64,000 nucleotides of DNA, taken from NCBI GenBank assembly GCA_040954595.2, contig CM082589.2, forward strand, positions 7,065,186 to 7,129,185, read 5' to 3'. Every line of letters begins with the position of its first letter. The first letter of the stretch is position 1. The position numbers and the translations under genes are program-made. The notes below the pieces were generated by a model that did no database searches, had not been told where the DNA came from, and was given only the letters and a program-made list of their open reading frames with translations. The DNA is from Balanoglossus misakiensis. Lineage: Eukaryota > Animalia > Hemichordata. Positions 1 through 14,200 of this stretch are shown here, piece by piece.

Positions 1-1
1 A

Positions 2-94
2 AACCACTGGGACATCAAATTGTACGAAGATGCAAAACGGATTTATGAAAAACAGAAAGCAAAATATTTGGAAGAAGTAGACAAAGACAACTAG
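2..94 (+). CDS. 3' end of an upstream sulfotransferase paralog (partial)
   Basis: Reads NHWDIKLYEDAKRIYEKQKAKYLEEVDKDN*. Bases 1-73 match 3400-3472 with one synonymous mismatch, then diverge. Confidence 0.85.
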   Translation, partial: NHWDIKLYEDAKRIYEKQKAKYLEEVDKDN

Positions 95-940
95 AAATTT
101 GATGAATGTTTTGTTGATGTTTTTCCGTTTATAGTGTATCGTGTATGTTAACCCTTTCACCACCATGATTCGGTCCAAATCCATTGCTTTGTTTTTTGTA
201 AGGGGTGGGTCATTGGATATCTTGTTTCAAACAATGGTGATAAAAATTTGACTCCATACACATTTCCAGCTCTCCCCCAAAATAATATTCGTTATCCCTA
301 AAGATAAAATTGCTCCATTGACACAAAATGTATTTTATACGCGGGGGGGGGGGGGGGGGCTCTCAAGAGGTTATCTCACCCCCCCCCCCCGTGGTGAGTA
401 ATATAATCTTCCTATATTCAATCATATTCATAGGCAGTCTCTCTGGGGCACGCCTTAACCAAATACCTTAGAAGTTGCTTCTAAAAAGTGTATTTACATA
501 GAACTGTATATGTGATTCTTTCTGATGAAGATACTGGTAATAAAATAACCTGTTTAAAGACTGTTACCATCAGAAAACGAGATTTCGGTCACGCTGAATC
601 GAATATTTATTTTTACCCTGCAGGGTCAACCTACAATGTGTCCCATGTTGATATGCAGTGCTATATACAGGTTGGTCTGTTGAACGATGCTACGTCATAG
701 ACCCTATTTTCTATTACATGTATTTCAAATGTTTAATAGTAGGCCAGTCAAATTAAATCACCCAGTAATATTGGTAAAAAAAACGAAAAATGAGTATCAG
801 TATATTTTATTATGAAAAGCAAACTAAGCATAATTTCAAATTCGAATGCGTGGATTTCGTCTTGTTATTCGGCGATTTAATTGGTGGCCGCAATCTGCCA
901 AAGTGACGGATTGCAATATACCTTAATTAATATAGCTTTA

Positions 941-1133
941 TTAAAGGTATACAGTCACCTCCAATTTACATACGCCCGTATAAGGCTGAAATGGCGTATT
1001 TGAGTGTTCTAAAGAACATATGGTGGCGCTCTTTTTTTCGCGTGTGCCACCCACTGAAAATCTGTGATTGGCTAGATCTCAATTTGCCATGGTAACTATA
1101 GCTATTTTTCCATAGGTGACCGTATACCTTTAA
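941..1133. mobile_element. TTAA-flanked MITE (AGGTATACAGTCACCT TIR family)
   Basis: TTAA-aggtatacagtcacct...aggtgaccgtatacct-TTAA. Related copies at 36571-36887 and 58078-58242. Confidence 0.85.
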
Positions 1134-2119
1134 TGGTCTTGTTGTGTTTTTTAACCATATCTTGTTTCTGCAGGCCTGCAGTCTCCGTCTGCATGCGCAG
1201 TTGCACGCGTTGCACTCGAAACCAGACGCGCGGCACAGATAAAATCTAGTTTGTCGTGTGCGAAATGACACGATTTTATCAGACTGCAGACGAGCGGTCA
1301 CGTGACCCTCCATCATCGCCGGCAGGGCATTCCACTTCCACTCGCGTAGTTTCACGATGCTGGTGTTTGTATTGTTATGCATTTTGTGTTTGTTAGTTTT
1401 TTTCCCGTCGTGGTTTCTCTCTGCAGTTGTATGACAACCACAGACCCAGTTATATGACGTCTGTAGGCCTATATTTTTCTTATTCTCTGCGTATCGTCGA
1501 CACTCTATATTTCGACAAGAATTTAAGAAAATAGAAGCATATGCACTACGATCGCAATATTACGGTTTATGCCCTGTAAAATGAACGGTCAGCAGGTCGA
1601 AGAGACAGTGGGCGCTGTGTATACAATGCATGAAATTACACCTGCAATGTTGTAAAGCATAAAGGAAACAAACTCAAGTCGCCATTTTGAAAGGGAGCTT
1701 GAATCATAATCTGTCTTACGTAACATTTTCAATTGCCGTTGTCGCGACAAAAGGCAGAATAATGCAGTCGCTTTCACTTCTGTCAACACACGGAGCTTGT
1801 CACACCGCGAGATGTTGCCACGTTGACCTTCCAGAATCGCTTCGGTCAAGAAGATCGCGGTCCGGCTATCCACCTGCGCGAAATCACCACCGTTGTGAAT
1901 ATTGTTACCTAGTGACGCCTTGACCGACGCTCATTTTGTGGCTTCAAACCGTCAATCTTGGAATCTCCGGTGCGAATTCATTAGTGTGTATCAACGGCAG
2001 CCGTCAATCGAAGGAAGCTTGGGGAACGTTACTGGGTCTTAATCTGACAGGTTGAGAATATTGCTTGTCAGGTGTGGAACGATATATGTCAGAGAGAACT
2101 TGCCAAAGACGAGGAGACG

Positions 2120-3499
2120 ATGAAAACTCGGCAAAAAATTGCGGGTCTTGTCGGCGGGGTTATTGCCCTTTTACTGATCACGGCGAAACTCGGCGTTTTC
2201 CAAGATGTGTTTACACACAACACTACAGAATCGAGGCGAGAGGCGGCCATTTTCCATTTGATGCGACGGAATATTGACAACCAAAAAGATTTGGGGACCG
2301 GAAAGTACAATGACGCCGAAGAACTCGGACGGGAACGGACTGTTCTCGATCAAATTGTCGATATCTTGAAAACCGACAGGGGCATGTCAAGTAACGCGTC
2401 AGCATCAATGGGTAATGCCAAAGAAAGGAAAGTGGATTTGATTCAAGACGCACTAACCCGGCACCATGGTAACATAACCGACAGGAGCGGTGAGCTACCG
2501 AGACGCTTGGACAGCGCTTACGGCGTCCGCGCTAAAAACGGTAGGTGCTACTTAGATAAACTTATGACCTGCGAGGCGGTGTTCTCGCGAATATACGAAT
2601 GTCTTGCGGGACGGATCCACGGGCGAGAGCCGCTGCCGAATTACTACCTGAACGCCGAGCTCGATGACGCCACGTCGCAGAGCTACCGTCGCTCCAGCAT
2701 CGGATTCGTGCACCTGCCGAAAGCAGGGGGCACGTCCGTGGAAGAGGTCCTGTCCGACTTCTCGGTCAAGCGCCAGTGGACGCACGTGCACATCCTGCAC
2801 TGCACGCACTTCTTCAGAGCGGCAACTCTACTGCACGACCACAACTCGAACGAAAATGTGCTTTTCACTTCGAAACGGACGTTTGGACTTCACAACTTCG
2901 TGAATCCATCGGTCCCCTTCTTCTACCTCACGTGGTTTAGAGACCCAGTCTCTCGCGTTGTATCTGCGTATTATTACATCAAGAAGATGCGCAACAAAAC
3001 TCACAAACTATACGGGAAATACGTATTGCGTTCAAAAAACCTGACAGACTGTCTGGAGAGATCAAAAGACTCCCACTTCCAAGAGTTTGACAACTACGCG
3101 GTGCGTTTGATGCAGTTTGGGGACTACCCGGTCATCGACACGACATTCGAAGACTGTTGCGGAGCCTACACGGATGGTGTCACTCAAATACCGGAAGTGA
3201 CCGAGGAACACTACCTGGTTGCTAAGCAGAATCTGGAAACCAAGATGGCGTTCGTCGGTCTCTTGGAAGATTTCAAGACATCACAGGACATGTTGTGCTT
3301 CATGTTACAAATCCCCTGTCCGAAAGAAGAGGTGCACGTGAACTCCAATAAACACCAACATGAACTGACCGACTTTGAGAGGACGGAACTTGAGCGAAGA
3401 AACCACTGGGACATCAAATTGTACGAAGATGCAAAGCGGATTTATGAAAAACAGAAAGCAAAATATTTGGAAATTATCAGCAAGTCAGCACGTGTATAG
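2120..3499 (+). CDS. Type II membrane Golgi-type carbohydrate sulfotransferase (HS6ST/Gal3ST/Sulfotransfer_2-like), 459 aa, single coding exon
   Basis: ATG at 2120 (MKTRQK) followed by TM IAGLVGGVIALLLITA. 5'-PSB motif FVHLPKAGGTS, 3'-PB motif RDPVSRVVSAYYY, C-terminal N..D..LY..A. Confidence 0.9.
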   Translation: MKTRQKIAGLVGGVIALLLITAKLGVFQDVFTHNTTESRREAAIFHLMRRNIDNQKDLGTGKYNDAEELGRERTVLDQIVDILKTDRGMSSNASASMGNAKERKVDLIQDALTRHHGNITDRSGELPRRLDSAYGVRAKNGRCYLDKLMTCEAVFSRIYECLAGRIHGREPLPNYYLNAELDDATSQSYRRSSIGFVHLPKAGGTSVEEVLSDFSVKRQWTHVHILHCTHFFRAATLLHDHNSNENVLFTSKRTFGLHNFVNPSVPFFYLTWFRDPVSRVVSAYYYIKKMRNKTHKLYGKYVLRSKNLTDCLERSKDSHFQEFDNYAVRLMQFGDYPVIDTTFEDCCGAYTDGVTQIPEVTEEHYLVAKQNLETKMAFVGLLEDFKTSQDMLCFMLQIPCPKEEVHVNSNKHQHELTDFERTELERRNHWDIKLYEDAKRIYEKQKAKYLEIISKSARV

Positions 3500-5250
3500 A
3501 GTAATCAAAATGGACTGGCGTGTACCAAATGAATATTTAAATGTTCATAATTGCGAGGTGCGCGTTATTATATTATTAAAATTGACTCATAGGCGTGCGT
3601 CTTTTTTGTTATCCAGAGACTTGTTTTAAAGTTACAGTTTTATATATGCTTCTCTGTCGACGGAGCCGAGTAAATCGTTTCACTGAGACTAAATCTTTCG
3701 TCTCCTGAGGGCGCTTTGTCAATCCACCACTTCAAACCCGGCTTCCAACACAAAGCCTATAGGTGAATCATGATCCTGTCGTGGAGAATGTACTCACAAC
3801 CACTCAGTCTAATTTTGGTCTGCTTTGATAGCAATTGATTCCGATTCTCAAGCCAGTAGTGTGTCCTCGTCTTTTTCGCTTGCCTCTGTTTTTTTTTTCT
3901 CATCTTGCACGAAAACTGCATTGTTTGCCATACAGTGTCCGGAATCAGCAAAAGGCTGTGTGAACTCAGGTCTTACGGCTGGTGTCACATTGATGTCCGA
4001 ATCACACGTAAATAAAACTTCTAAATCAAGAACTTTGTCGCTTAGGCCCAACATCATGATTTCCGGTTGATTTTTTTCTGCTTCCTGCTGTATCTGAGCA
4101 CCACCATGATCGTCTGTGCTTCGACAATTATGTCCGTCCACAATACTTATTAGAAAGAAACGAAGTCAGGCAGATAAAAAAACGAGCACAATTCTCACTT
4201 TTTTATTTTTGAGTCATCAAGCGTTTGATACAGCAGGGGAATGCCTTCATATCTCTCATCTTTCATCCATCCACGTTTTCTGTCGTTCCGTGTCGTCCCT
4301 TAGATCCGTACATCATGTTTCTCTCCTGGCCAAGATGTACCACCGTAACTTCTTGTGCGATACAATGCAACTAAGCGTATTTCTCCATGTAGGCATAAGC
4401 TTAGGTACATGTATTACAGTATACATTTTGTTTGATTGTATTTGCCCTATAGGAATGATCAATAAGGGGAAACATGCGAGATTCTGAAGCAGATGGCGTT
4501 GATGCTACTGTCATTCTAAGACAGTCAAACGCACGGACAGCAGATACGATAGCAATCTGACCTTATACGACCCTTGGACACACATTCCCATGCCTTCGTC
4601 CGACTTAGTGTTTGTTATCGGTCAAGTACAGACTGATGTTAGAATAAACTACGATCTGATATATCATGACATACATTTTGGTCATAAAAATAACATCTAA
4701 TCGTTTTATTAATTGTATAGATATGCTACGTAACCCGTGTTGTGTATGTGAAGTCGAGTGATTGAAGTTTAAAAGAAACTAAACTCACAGTAAAGTTTTG
4801 ATTTTTTTTGGGGGGGGGGTGAACAGAAAAAGCATGACGTGAATGGAAAATGTTTAATTCATACGGTTTTACTGCATGTGAGTTACAGCTCTGGGCGGGG
4901 GAGGGGGTGGGAACTTTCAGTTACCCGTTTTCCCCATTGAGGGCGCTTACATTCACTTATGACGACCTTTGAACCCTCTTGATGGTGGGAGCGAGGCTTA
5001 GACTGCGGAGGAGGCAGGAAGGGCATAGCATAGCAGTTCCGTCTACAGTAAAAAATACCAATTTTAGGCGGCGTAAAGTGGAAACCCCTCTCCTGACGCG
5101 AAAACAGCACTGTCGGTCTACGCTTTAGGATTACCTCCAACTGGTGTGCGATTTTATGAAGAGGGAGGCGCTGGTCGCTTTGTTCGACGAGAGCGGAGAG
5201 CGACCGAGCGAGAGGCACGGTAATATTATTGGGGAGCTCCAAGGGGAGAT

Positions 5251-8200
5251 ATGGAAGTAACACATACAGACGACGTCACAGATCGTGAAGGGTGTGGCGG
5301 CCAGCTTCAGGTAACCAAAAAACTCGGTTCTGTCTCAACTTGTACGTCCAGAGACAACTTTCCCCAACACGAGAACTGTCCGTTGAACGTTCACTCAAAA
5401 AAAAATAATTTGGGGATACAGAAATGTATTTTATATAGTACAGTACACGTAGCAGCCTATGGCCCTGTTGCCTATATATGGCCTTGACCTCTTGTGAATG
5501 GAATTGGATCATGTCTGTCCTTCGAATTCTTTGCGTTTTATTCGTCTTTAAAACATTTGGCAGCGAGAAAGAGGGGTGTTTCAATAAAAACTACAATTTA
5601 AAAGTTAATATTTCGAATTTTAAGTTCTTCATACACAGTGGCTATATATGGTCATCGTCATATTTCTGTATGTATATTGGCAACCAAGGATTGATTAGGT
5701 CGGGGGGAGGGGCCCGTCTTATTTGAATGGAATGGGTCAACTACCCATTACTATTTCCCCCATTTGAAATTTTATCTGTGGTTTTGCGAAACCTTGTAGC
5801 AACGTCAAAGATATCACTTTATTTATGATGTGGTATGTCCCACTATTTTTGAGTATCCTATAATTTAAAAAGTAGAATGATTTATTTAACTTTGATCTTA
5901 AAAAAATAATTCTGTGAAAATAAGGAAGATTTTCAGCTTATATAATGTTTGTTATTTGCGTATTGGTAAACTAAAAAAAAGTGAGGGATATTTCCATTCA
6001 TCAATGTAAAAAAGTGCAGGATGGTAGGGTTAATGGCAATATTTTTAATTTTTAAGTCGGTCATGAAATAAATATCCATGATTCTCATTTTGAAATGTTA
6101 ATTTGTGAAAAATTATGATTGACCCCCTTGTTTTTTTTTTTTAAATGCTGCCCTCTCTAACCAGGTTTGGTACAGCATAATTTGAATATGAATGGAGTTA
6201 TCCAGTTTTTGGATCACTGCGACAAGATATTCTAAGATGTGGTACGCATGTTTCTGTTTTATGGTTTGCTAGGATTGTATAGCAAAAAGTTACAGATAGT
6301 GGCCCTTCAAGGGGGTTGGCACCATTTCTAAAACAGAAACTACAAGATCTGTTTTTTTTCAGTTTATGGTGAGGGGTTTACTGTTTGTTTACGGTGGTCC
6401 ACACCCAGTTAGAGAGTGTTGGATTAACCAGTTGAGTGGTATAGAATCTCTTTAACCCTTTCACCCCCAGTTCCCTCTTTAGAGGTCCAACCTTACCATA
6501 GAGAACAATGGGTTTGGACTGAACCATGGTGGTGAAAGGGTCAAAAACCCTGCTTTATCAGATGGGGGTGGGGGGGGGGGGGGGCTGTTTGAGTAGATGA
6601 TTTTGTCTCGTTGCAAGATCTCAGGAGACTTGGTTAATAACTAGCAATGGGTTGTAGCCAAGTAATATAAAAGTCAAGCTTTAACTAGAATATAGTTTCA
6701 GAGTTTAACAAAATGTGCATTATGTTTGAACATATCATGTGGGCCTGTCCTGTGTCACATGAGACTTCTAGGCAAAGTAAGATCTCGTAGCATCTCCTGG
6801 AATTCTGAAAATGGTCTTTTCATCTCAAACTAACGTTGGTTCCATGTCGACCTCTCTTCAGTTATTTTGAAGTGGAACCCCTAGCTCTATAGTCTCCCAT
6901 CAGGGGTGGGTCCTGGCGCAAAACAAGGTCTTCTGCTTTGTGTTGTCTTCACACCCTCAAACCTCCATGTATAGCCCCTTGTCGCTTCAGGTCTGTGGCA
7001 AGTCTGGTCTAGACTGCCACAGCTCATAAATAATGTTGACTTTAGGATAGCAGCTGTGAATAGGTGTCTGACCTCACCCAGTTACATGTAAATATGTAGG
7101 TACCCCCGGTATATGGAATTTTCACTTAAAATATAGTTAAAAACGAGAGAAGCAAATTAGCAGTACCGAAAAAAGACAATAAGGCAGGGCACAATGCAGG
7201 AATACTGCTGCTGTACAGCGTTCCATTTGAAAGATAAATTGATCATGAATTTTAAACTTATTTTCGTTTTTGAAAAGCTCCCCCCCAGTGATACAAACAA
7301 AATAATAAACTATACAAAATAAATTAGTTGTAAATTAATGAGAAGTTTGATGTCATATCAGAACTTATTTTTACACTGACAGCAAAATGAAAATGTTAAT
7401 ATTGAAGAGGTCAGTGTTGTTCTGCATTTCCCTGACTACCATACTTTTATTCAAATTTTTCCTGGAGGTCAAAGTTCAAAGGTTACAGTCGTGTACCTGT
7501 TTTGTTTTCAAATAAATTCTCTCCTCACCAAGTTAACAGGATTTAATAACAAAAAATCAGTTTGGAACACAGTGATAATTGAAAACAGTGGATTTGTTTT
7601 TCAGCCACAGAAAATGGATGTGCAGTTTTGTGATTATCCTGCTGATATGAAATATGAAAATCGGTTTCATATCATTTATTCATCCTGTTGATGGGATCAT
7701 TTCTTTCATTTTAGTTGTACAGATATAATTCAATAGTTATTTGTTTATCAGTATACCACCAGTAATAGACTGTAAAATGAGCTTCCAAAAGCTATATTAG
7801 TAAACTTTCAAACATTGCCAAAATTTGATATGTGCTGAACTGTAGTTTCATATCATAATGAAATAAGAGATAAATACATACATGTAATGTCCTTGTGCAT
7901 GACATTTTTAAAGTGAGAGGGGGGGGGGGATTTTTTTTGGGGGGCAGGGGGAGGCTTTTGCTCTGGCAAGGTGGACTGTAATATCTTCAATGTGTTGGTG
8001 ATTTCATTTGTTGGGGGAACTTGTCACCACTTGTCAAACTGCTAGGGGGTGCTAAACATGTCAACAGGGGTTGAATCACCCCACCCCCTCATCTAGATGA
8101 AACTCTTCATACATGGAACTTTATTTCCAAAAAATTGGAGGTTGTAAACTTTGAGGTTCACCCATGCTTCCTGTTTCTCAGAGTTTTGTTCCCTAAAAAT

Positions 8201-11200
8201 GTCTTTATTGCAATGTCGGTGACGACAGACTGAAAATGACTTCCTAATTCCGTGCATGATATCCAAGGCAACCGTTTTGAAAATAAGGAAGTCACGTCAC
8301 TACCCATGATCTCGTATGTGGCACTTCCACATTCAGCCGGTACTGGTGGAATGTACACTGTAGGCTCAAAATTATTGACATTTGATATTTTTTGTCTCAC
8401 CAAGAATAAGTTTAGTACTATTATCAACCAAAAGCTGGACGCAAAAGGGACTGAAAAAGTCATTCGGTTTTCAGATTTCTGTGGTCTATAGGTTCTTTAG
8501 CTTGCCAAGTCTTATATAAAATTGGAATGAAAATGCCAGGATGTAGAGGTCATACAGAGGTCATACAAATCGCCTGTTATGAATGTTACCCTTGAACTAC
8601 TTGTAGTTTGTAAGGTTACCTACCCCAAGGCTGGCGTACCTTTTAAGTGATGATTTTTTGTTATGGTTTGTTACACAGACAAAACGAAGGATAAGCCAAG
8701 GAAGAGAATGCTGTGCCCCGGGATGTTCCAACATGCAACTGGACAAGGACGGAAACACCACCGGAACGCACTTTTTCCGCTTTCCCCAGGACGAGTCGAG
8801 GAGAGCCCTCTGGTGTCAGAAGATCAAACTCTCGGATAAAGTGGACGAGATTACGGCGAACTCGGTCCTTTGCGAGCGCCACTTCAAGAAGGAAGACATC
8901 CGTAGGACGCCGTACGGTGCCAATAGATGCATACTGAAAAAAGGTAATAAAAGGGACTGAGACCTTTAACCCTAATGCTACTGGGTGTAAAACCTGGTTA
9001 GAGTGTCAAGTCCCTTAAAATACGTATTTGCCACTTTTTCTTCTAAAACGTATTTTGACTGTCTTGACATGGCTCTCATATGTACTTATACACACTTGGC
9101 AGTCTGAGCCCCCTGTAAAATGTACCAAATCGTACTGGTTTGTACTGTATTGGTCTGAGGGTCTTGTATGGGCCCTACTGATTAACACGCACTTGGCAGT
9201 CTAACAGGCCTGGGAGCCCGGATTCTAGGCACCCTGGAAATCAAACCAGTTTAAACTGACTTGGCAGCGTTAGGGTTAGGGATTGTTCAGTTCTGTTATC
9301 AGCCATGTGTATACTTTGTCGTTCTGTTCCGTAAAATATAGTGAGGCAAGATTGGCATTGTGAGCCAATTTCTGGTACATGAATTATTTTCACTGACATA
9401 AGGAACAGTGTGAACACATAGGTTAGCAGATATTCTAGTCAGTTTGATAAATATAAATAAAGGAATTGGTCAGATAGTTCCATGTACCCTAAACCTATCA
9501 TACTTTGGTTTGGTCCTGTGATTTTTTCCATAGCCTGGGTTGACCCATACACAGGAAATGGGGAGAGAAGGCCATGATGTATTTCATTACATGTATATGG
9601 GAGTATCAAATTTGTCTCTTCCCATATGATTACATTGAGAATTGATAGAAAACCCATTTCAACTAAATGTCATTTTCATGAAATTAGTAAGAGACCACTC
9701 TCCTGATTTTGGTTGACCGCTTTGTGAGGGTAGTGACCCCTGTCAGATGACCTTTTGAAACCGAAGGTCGCAGCGTCATATCTCTCGGTTCAGAACACCC
9801 CACCCAGTTTCACAAAGCCACAGCCCCCAAAATATGTCTGTTAATTGTTTTGTTTTAGACAATAAAAAATTGGGTTTTGAAGTAATATTCAGCAAGTAGG
9901 TAACCAGTAATTGTTCTATCTCTTGTCTAAAACATGATGGTTTGATTTAACAAATTTTAATGCTGGCTTTTGTGTAAGAGTAACCCATGAAAGTTAACTG
10001 ATGATTAATTCCTTTTAAAGGTTTTTAACTGACATAAATACACTTTAAATATAGAAAAGTATGGAAATGACAATTTAATTTTTATGTAAAAGAAAGTAGT
10101 CTATTATTAACTTTGCTTCCCCCTCACCTACCCTAAATTTAGCAATTCTATTCTATATTATAACCTGATATGAACAGAAATCAATTCAGTCACCCCGACT
10201 CGAAAGTTCAATCTAGTTTTGCCTTCTAAGCCTATACCTCTCTCTCAACCACTCTTTAATCCAAGCAAATTATCCATTTTACATTTAATGGTAAAGTAAA
10301 CAATTTCTAGACATTCTCGAATTGACTCGAATCTTTTTGAAAGAAATCATGCTTGTTACAGGTCGTCTATTTATAGAACTGACCAATCTGTAGGAAATAT
10401 GGGGGTGTGTGCCTCAAAAACTGGCTCATAAATTGTTTATATTTAGTTTCAGTATGCATAGTCATTTGTATGATCAACTTTACCTCCCTCCATAGTTCTG
10501 ATTCCATCCATATATATTTTTGCTATTTAATTTACACTATATTTCACCATATTCTACTGTTATTTCATATTTTTAAAAGGTTTTACATGTAATGAATTGG
10601 ATTCCTCAGATAGTCGGGCCTCTGTAAACTTGAATCTGATGCTAACTTTTTGAAATGTTCATGTTTCTATTAAGTGACATGTGACACATAGAGTCCTGTT
10701 TCTTTTTAATTAAAAAGTGGGCAGCCAATGGTGACATGGCTTTCAGTCATCAGTCATGTGTATGAATTGTAACACCTTATCTGATTGGTTGATCAGTTAG
10801 ATGCGTTTTTTTTCGGTCATGTGCAGTTTATGCGGGGACACTGACATAAATACCTCTGTAGGTGTGTTCCGTTTTTCTCAGTAATGGCTGACTTGACCCC
10901 GGCTGACCCCCCGGCCTCCCCCGCAGAACCAAAGTCCTCTCACCCACAAGCAACTGAATTCTTTCGTCACCAGATGCAGCGCCGCAAATAAGCTGTGACG
11001 GGGTGATCACCACTAGGCGGGGGAGAAAACTGTCCAAGCCTCAAAGATACCAGGAATACGAGGAACTGGAGGAGAGCACGGATGAATCTCCACCAAAGAA
11101 AACAAAGTCGGTCGAGCGGGAGAAGAACAGCGCCCTCTGTGTTGAACCTCCTCAACCCAATCCCGTATGTATAATCAGTTTGTGTGTATTTTTTCTCTCA

Positions 11201-14200
11201 CTTTATCTGGACATGTCATTACGTGTGAAAACTTCAGATTGATAAAAATGTGAATTCTTACTAAATGAACAGGAAACAGAAAAATAAATGGCAGGAAATG
11301 AGATCAAGTGACTTCTGAGAAAGTAAAACTCCCTCTGTGAATAATACTTTATAAAAGTTGTACATAGGCGAAGTCAGTCTTTGAAAGGTAGCTTATTAAA
11401 ATCCAAACAAAAACCTGAAACATGTACGTTTAAAATTTTCATTTGTGGTTATGCATGTATTTGTCCACTTATTACCATACCCTTCCTGTACAAATTTGTC
11501 CAAATTTGTTGTGTTCTGTTTTCAGATCAGAAAAGCATGCTGAAGTCATATTATGACATTTCAGTAGTAACATAATCCTACCAACTTCCTTCAAATAATA
11601 CTTTTTTTTTCGTAGCATAAATGTGTTAAGTTTAGATCCAGGTTGTTTTTGGAGAGGGTGTGTGTGTGTGTTCTGTGAAGTAAAAACCCTTGGCAGGAAG
11701 TGTGAATGACTTTGCCTTTTCAGAAATCCTTTGACTCCTGCTTGGATAAAAAAATTCTGGATGAATTGAAGTCATAGGTCTCCAGAAGGTTTTGGGGCAA
11801 AGGGTAAACATCACTGTATCAAATACTGAGGTATACTTTAATATTCTACGTATAATATCAAGAACTATTTTTTTTTTCATTTTGTAGAGTACAACAGAGC
11901 AGGAGCAGAGAGAACAAACACCACCACTTGCTCCAGGTTAGTGATTTTATGGGACAGTATCTGTAATGTCAGACAATTTGTTATATGAAACCAAGTCTTT
12001 GCTGTTGAGTCAGACTGAGATTTAAGTGTCTACAATAATGTAGAATAAGTTGTTGGAATGTTAGCGGAATTTTGGATTACCGTGCAGTTTCAAATGGTAT
12101 ATTTTTTTCAAAAATAATGTTTGTTAAACTTGCACATAGTTGTAATGCTAATAACGGAATTTATTGCAAAGGATAGTGTTTCATTGTTGAATTTACAGTC
12201 AAACCTCTCTATAGTGGCTTTCCTAAACTGGCCTTTGTAGACAGACGGCCTTTATTCAGAGGTTAATTAATGCACATGTGAATTGCACAGTGACTGTAAC
12301 AAAGTGGCCACTATGTAGAGGTGACCACTATATAAAGGGGAGGGGCCACTAACAGGGGTTTGACTGCACTTTTATGTGGACAGATATCAATTGTGCATAT
12401 ATGACTCTTCACAGATGTTCAGGAGGTAGCAAGCGATTTGAACATGAACAAACTCCAGCTGCAGTCGGAATGGCTGGAGAAGATGAACCAACTCCGAAAA
12501 CAAGGTCTGTTCTGCGACGTACACTTGGAGCTCAACGGTCGAGCCATCAGAGCCCACCGGGTCGTGTTATCGGCGTGCAGCGCCCAGTTCCACCAGAAAC
12601 TCGCCACCGGGGGCGCTATACTACCCCCCGAGGACTTCTACAGCCTGGACTTCATACGAGCGTTCGAGATGGTGATCGAGTTTGCGTACACCGCTCAGAT
12701 CCAGCTGACCGTGAATAACGTTCACAGTGTGATGCAAATTGCCTTTCACTACCAGATCTTGCCCCTGGTGGATGAGTGCTACACGTATCTGAAATGGCTG
12801 AAAGAACGGAAATTGAATCAGCGCCCGTTAGCGGCCAGCAACGGTTTCAATTTAGAAGAGGCGGCCGAGGAGTGGTTGAGAAAGAGGATCATATACCAGA
12901 GTGCGGACACGCCGGTTTTCGACGACGACGACAGCAATGAAGGGCCCAGTTCCCAGAGTTCTCTGAGCAGTTCCTCGAACGGCGTAGAGGCGGGACGGAA
13001 CGCGACGTTGTGCGAAGGGGACGAACAGCAGGCGGGGGAAAGGACGAAATCAGCAGCGGACACGCCGAAGAATCATTGCAGAGAATCGGCAGGTTCGGCC
13101 GCCGGGGACAACACCCAACTAAGGCGACTGCTGATCAGCAAGACGCTAGCTTTGGAGAACCGGTTCGAGGATGTGTTCGGTAGCAGAGAGAAGAACGCCG
13201 GGGATGATGCGTCGTGGACGTTCGACTGCGCGAGGGCTCTCCCGGCAGAGGATGGCCTAGAGCGGCACACCCTGTTTCTCTGCGTCGAGTGCGGGAAGAG
13301 TTTCAACTCGAAAGTCAAACTCGTCAATCACCAGAAACTGCACTTCAAAGAGCCCGTGAAATGTAAATACTGCGCCGAGACCTTCACGTGGAAGCAGTCG
13401 CTCGACCACCACGTCGTCACGCAGCACTACGACGTCCTGGATCCGCAGGAAATCGCGACGTTCAGCTCGGTCAGCCCCAGCACCACGGAGGAGGGATCGC
13501 CCGGCGTGGTCGAGACGGAAGGGCGCGAGAAGGAGCGTGTACACTTCTGCGGGGTTTGCGGACGCGGGTTTTCGGAACGCTACCGGTTGATGCGACACGA
13601 GAAAATTCACACCGGCGAGAAACCTTTCAAGTGCGACCAGTGTGAGAAGATGTTCTCGCGGAAGGATAACCTGGACCGGCACTTCTTCGTTCAACATCTG
13701 ATTCGCGATCGAGAAATAAAAGCAAACGAAGTGGATGGCGCCGGTCGAGACAAAGAGGGCGACCCGTCCAAAGACGTAAATAACGAAGACGGGGAAGTTG
13801 CGGAGGAAAACGGCAAGATACTTCTGAGTAACGGTATCAAGCAAGAGAGCGATCTCAGTCTGGAGATGAAGGACAGCTACGTCAGCACGTTGATGGGGCA
13901 GCTGGTGCCGCGGACGACCAAGCCGCACGCCTGCCTGGTCTGCGGCAAGTCGTTCACCAACAAGTACCGGCTGGTGCGCCACGAGGTGATCCACACCGGG
14001 GAGCGGCCGTACAAGTGCGAGATCTGCAGCCGCAAGTTCACCCGCAAGGACCACATGGAGCGTCACAAGTCGCGGCAGCACCCCAACGGCGAGATGGGCA
14101 CGCCCAGCCGGAAGGGGCGCAAACCCAAAGTCGCCGTCGCCCCGGACGACGAGTGCGAGACGGCCACGGGTCTCCCCGACTTCCAGTGTCACCTCTGCGG

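Noticed and set aside
343-390. Poly-G/poly-C runs here and at many other sites
   Set aside because: Ubiquitous homopolymers in this window with no specific function inferable.
8180-8345. Possible extra coding exon of the THAP gene
   Set aside because: Stops in the frames tested from the plausible acceptors, and the model is in phase without it.
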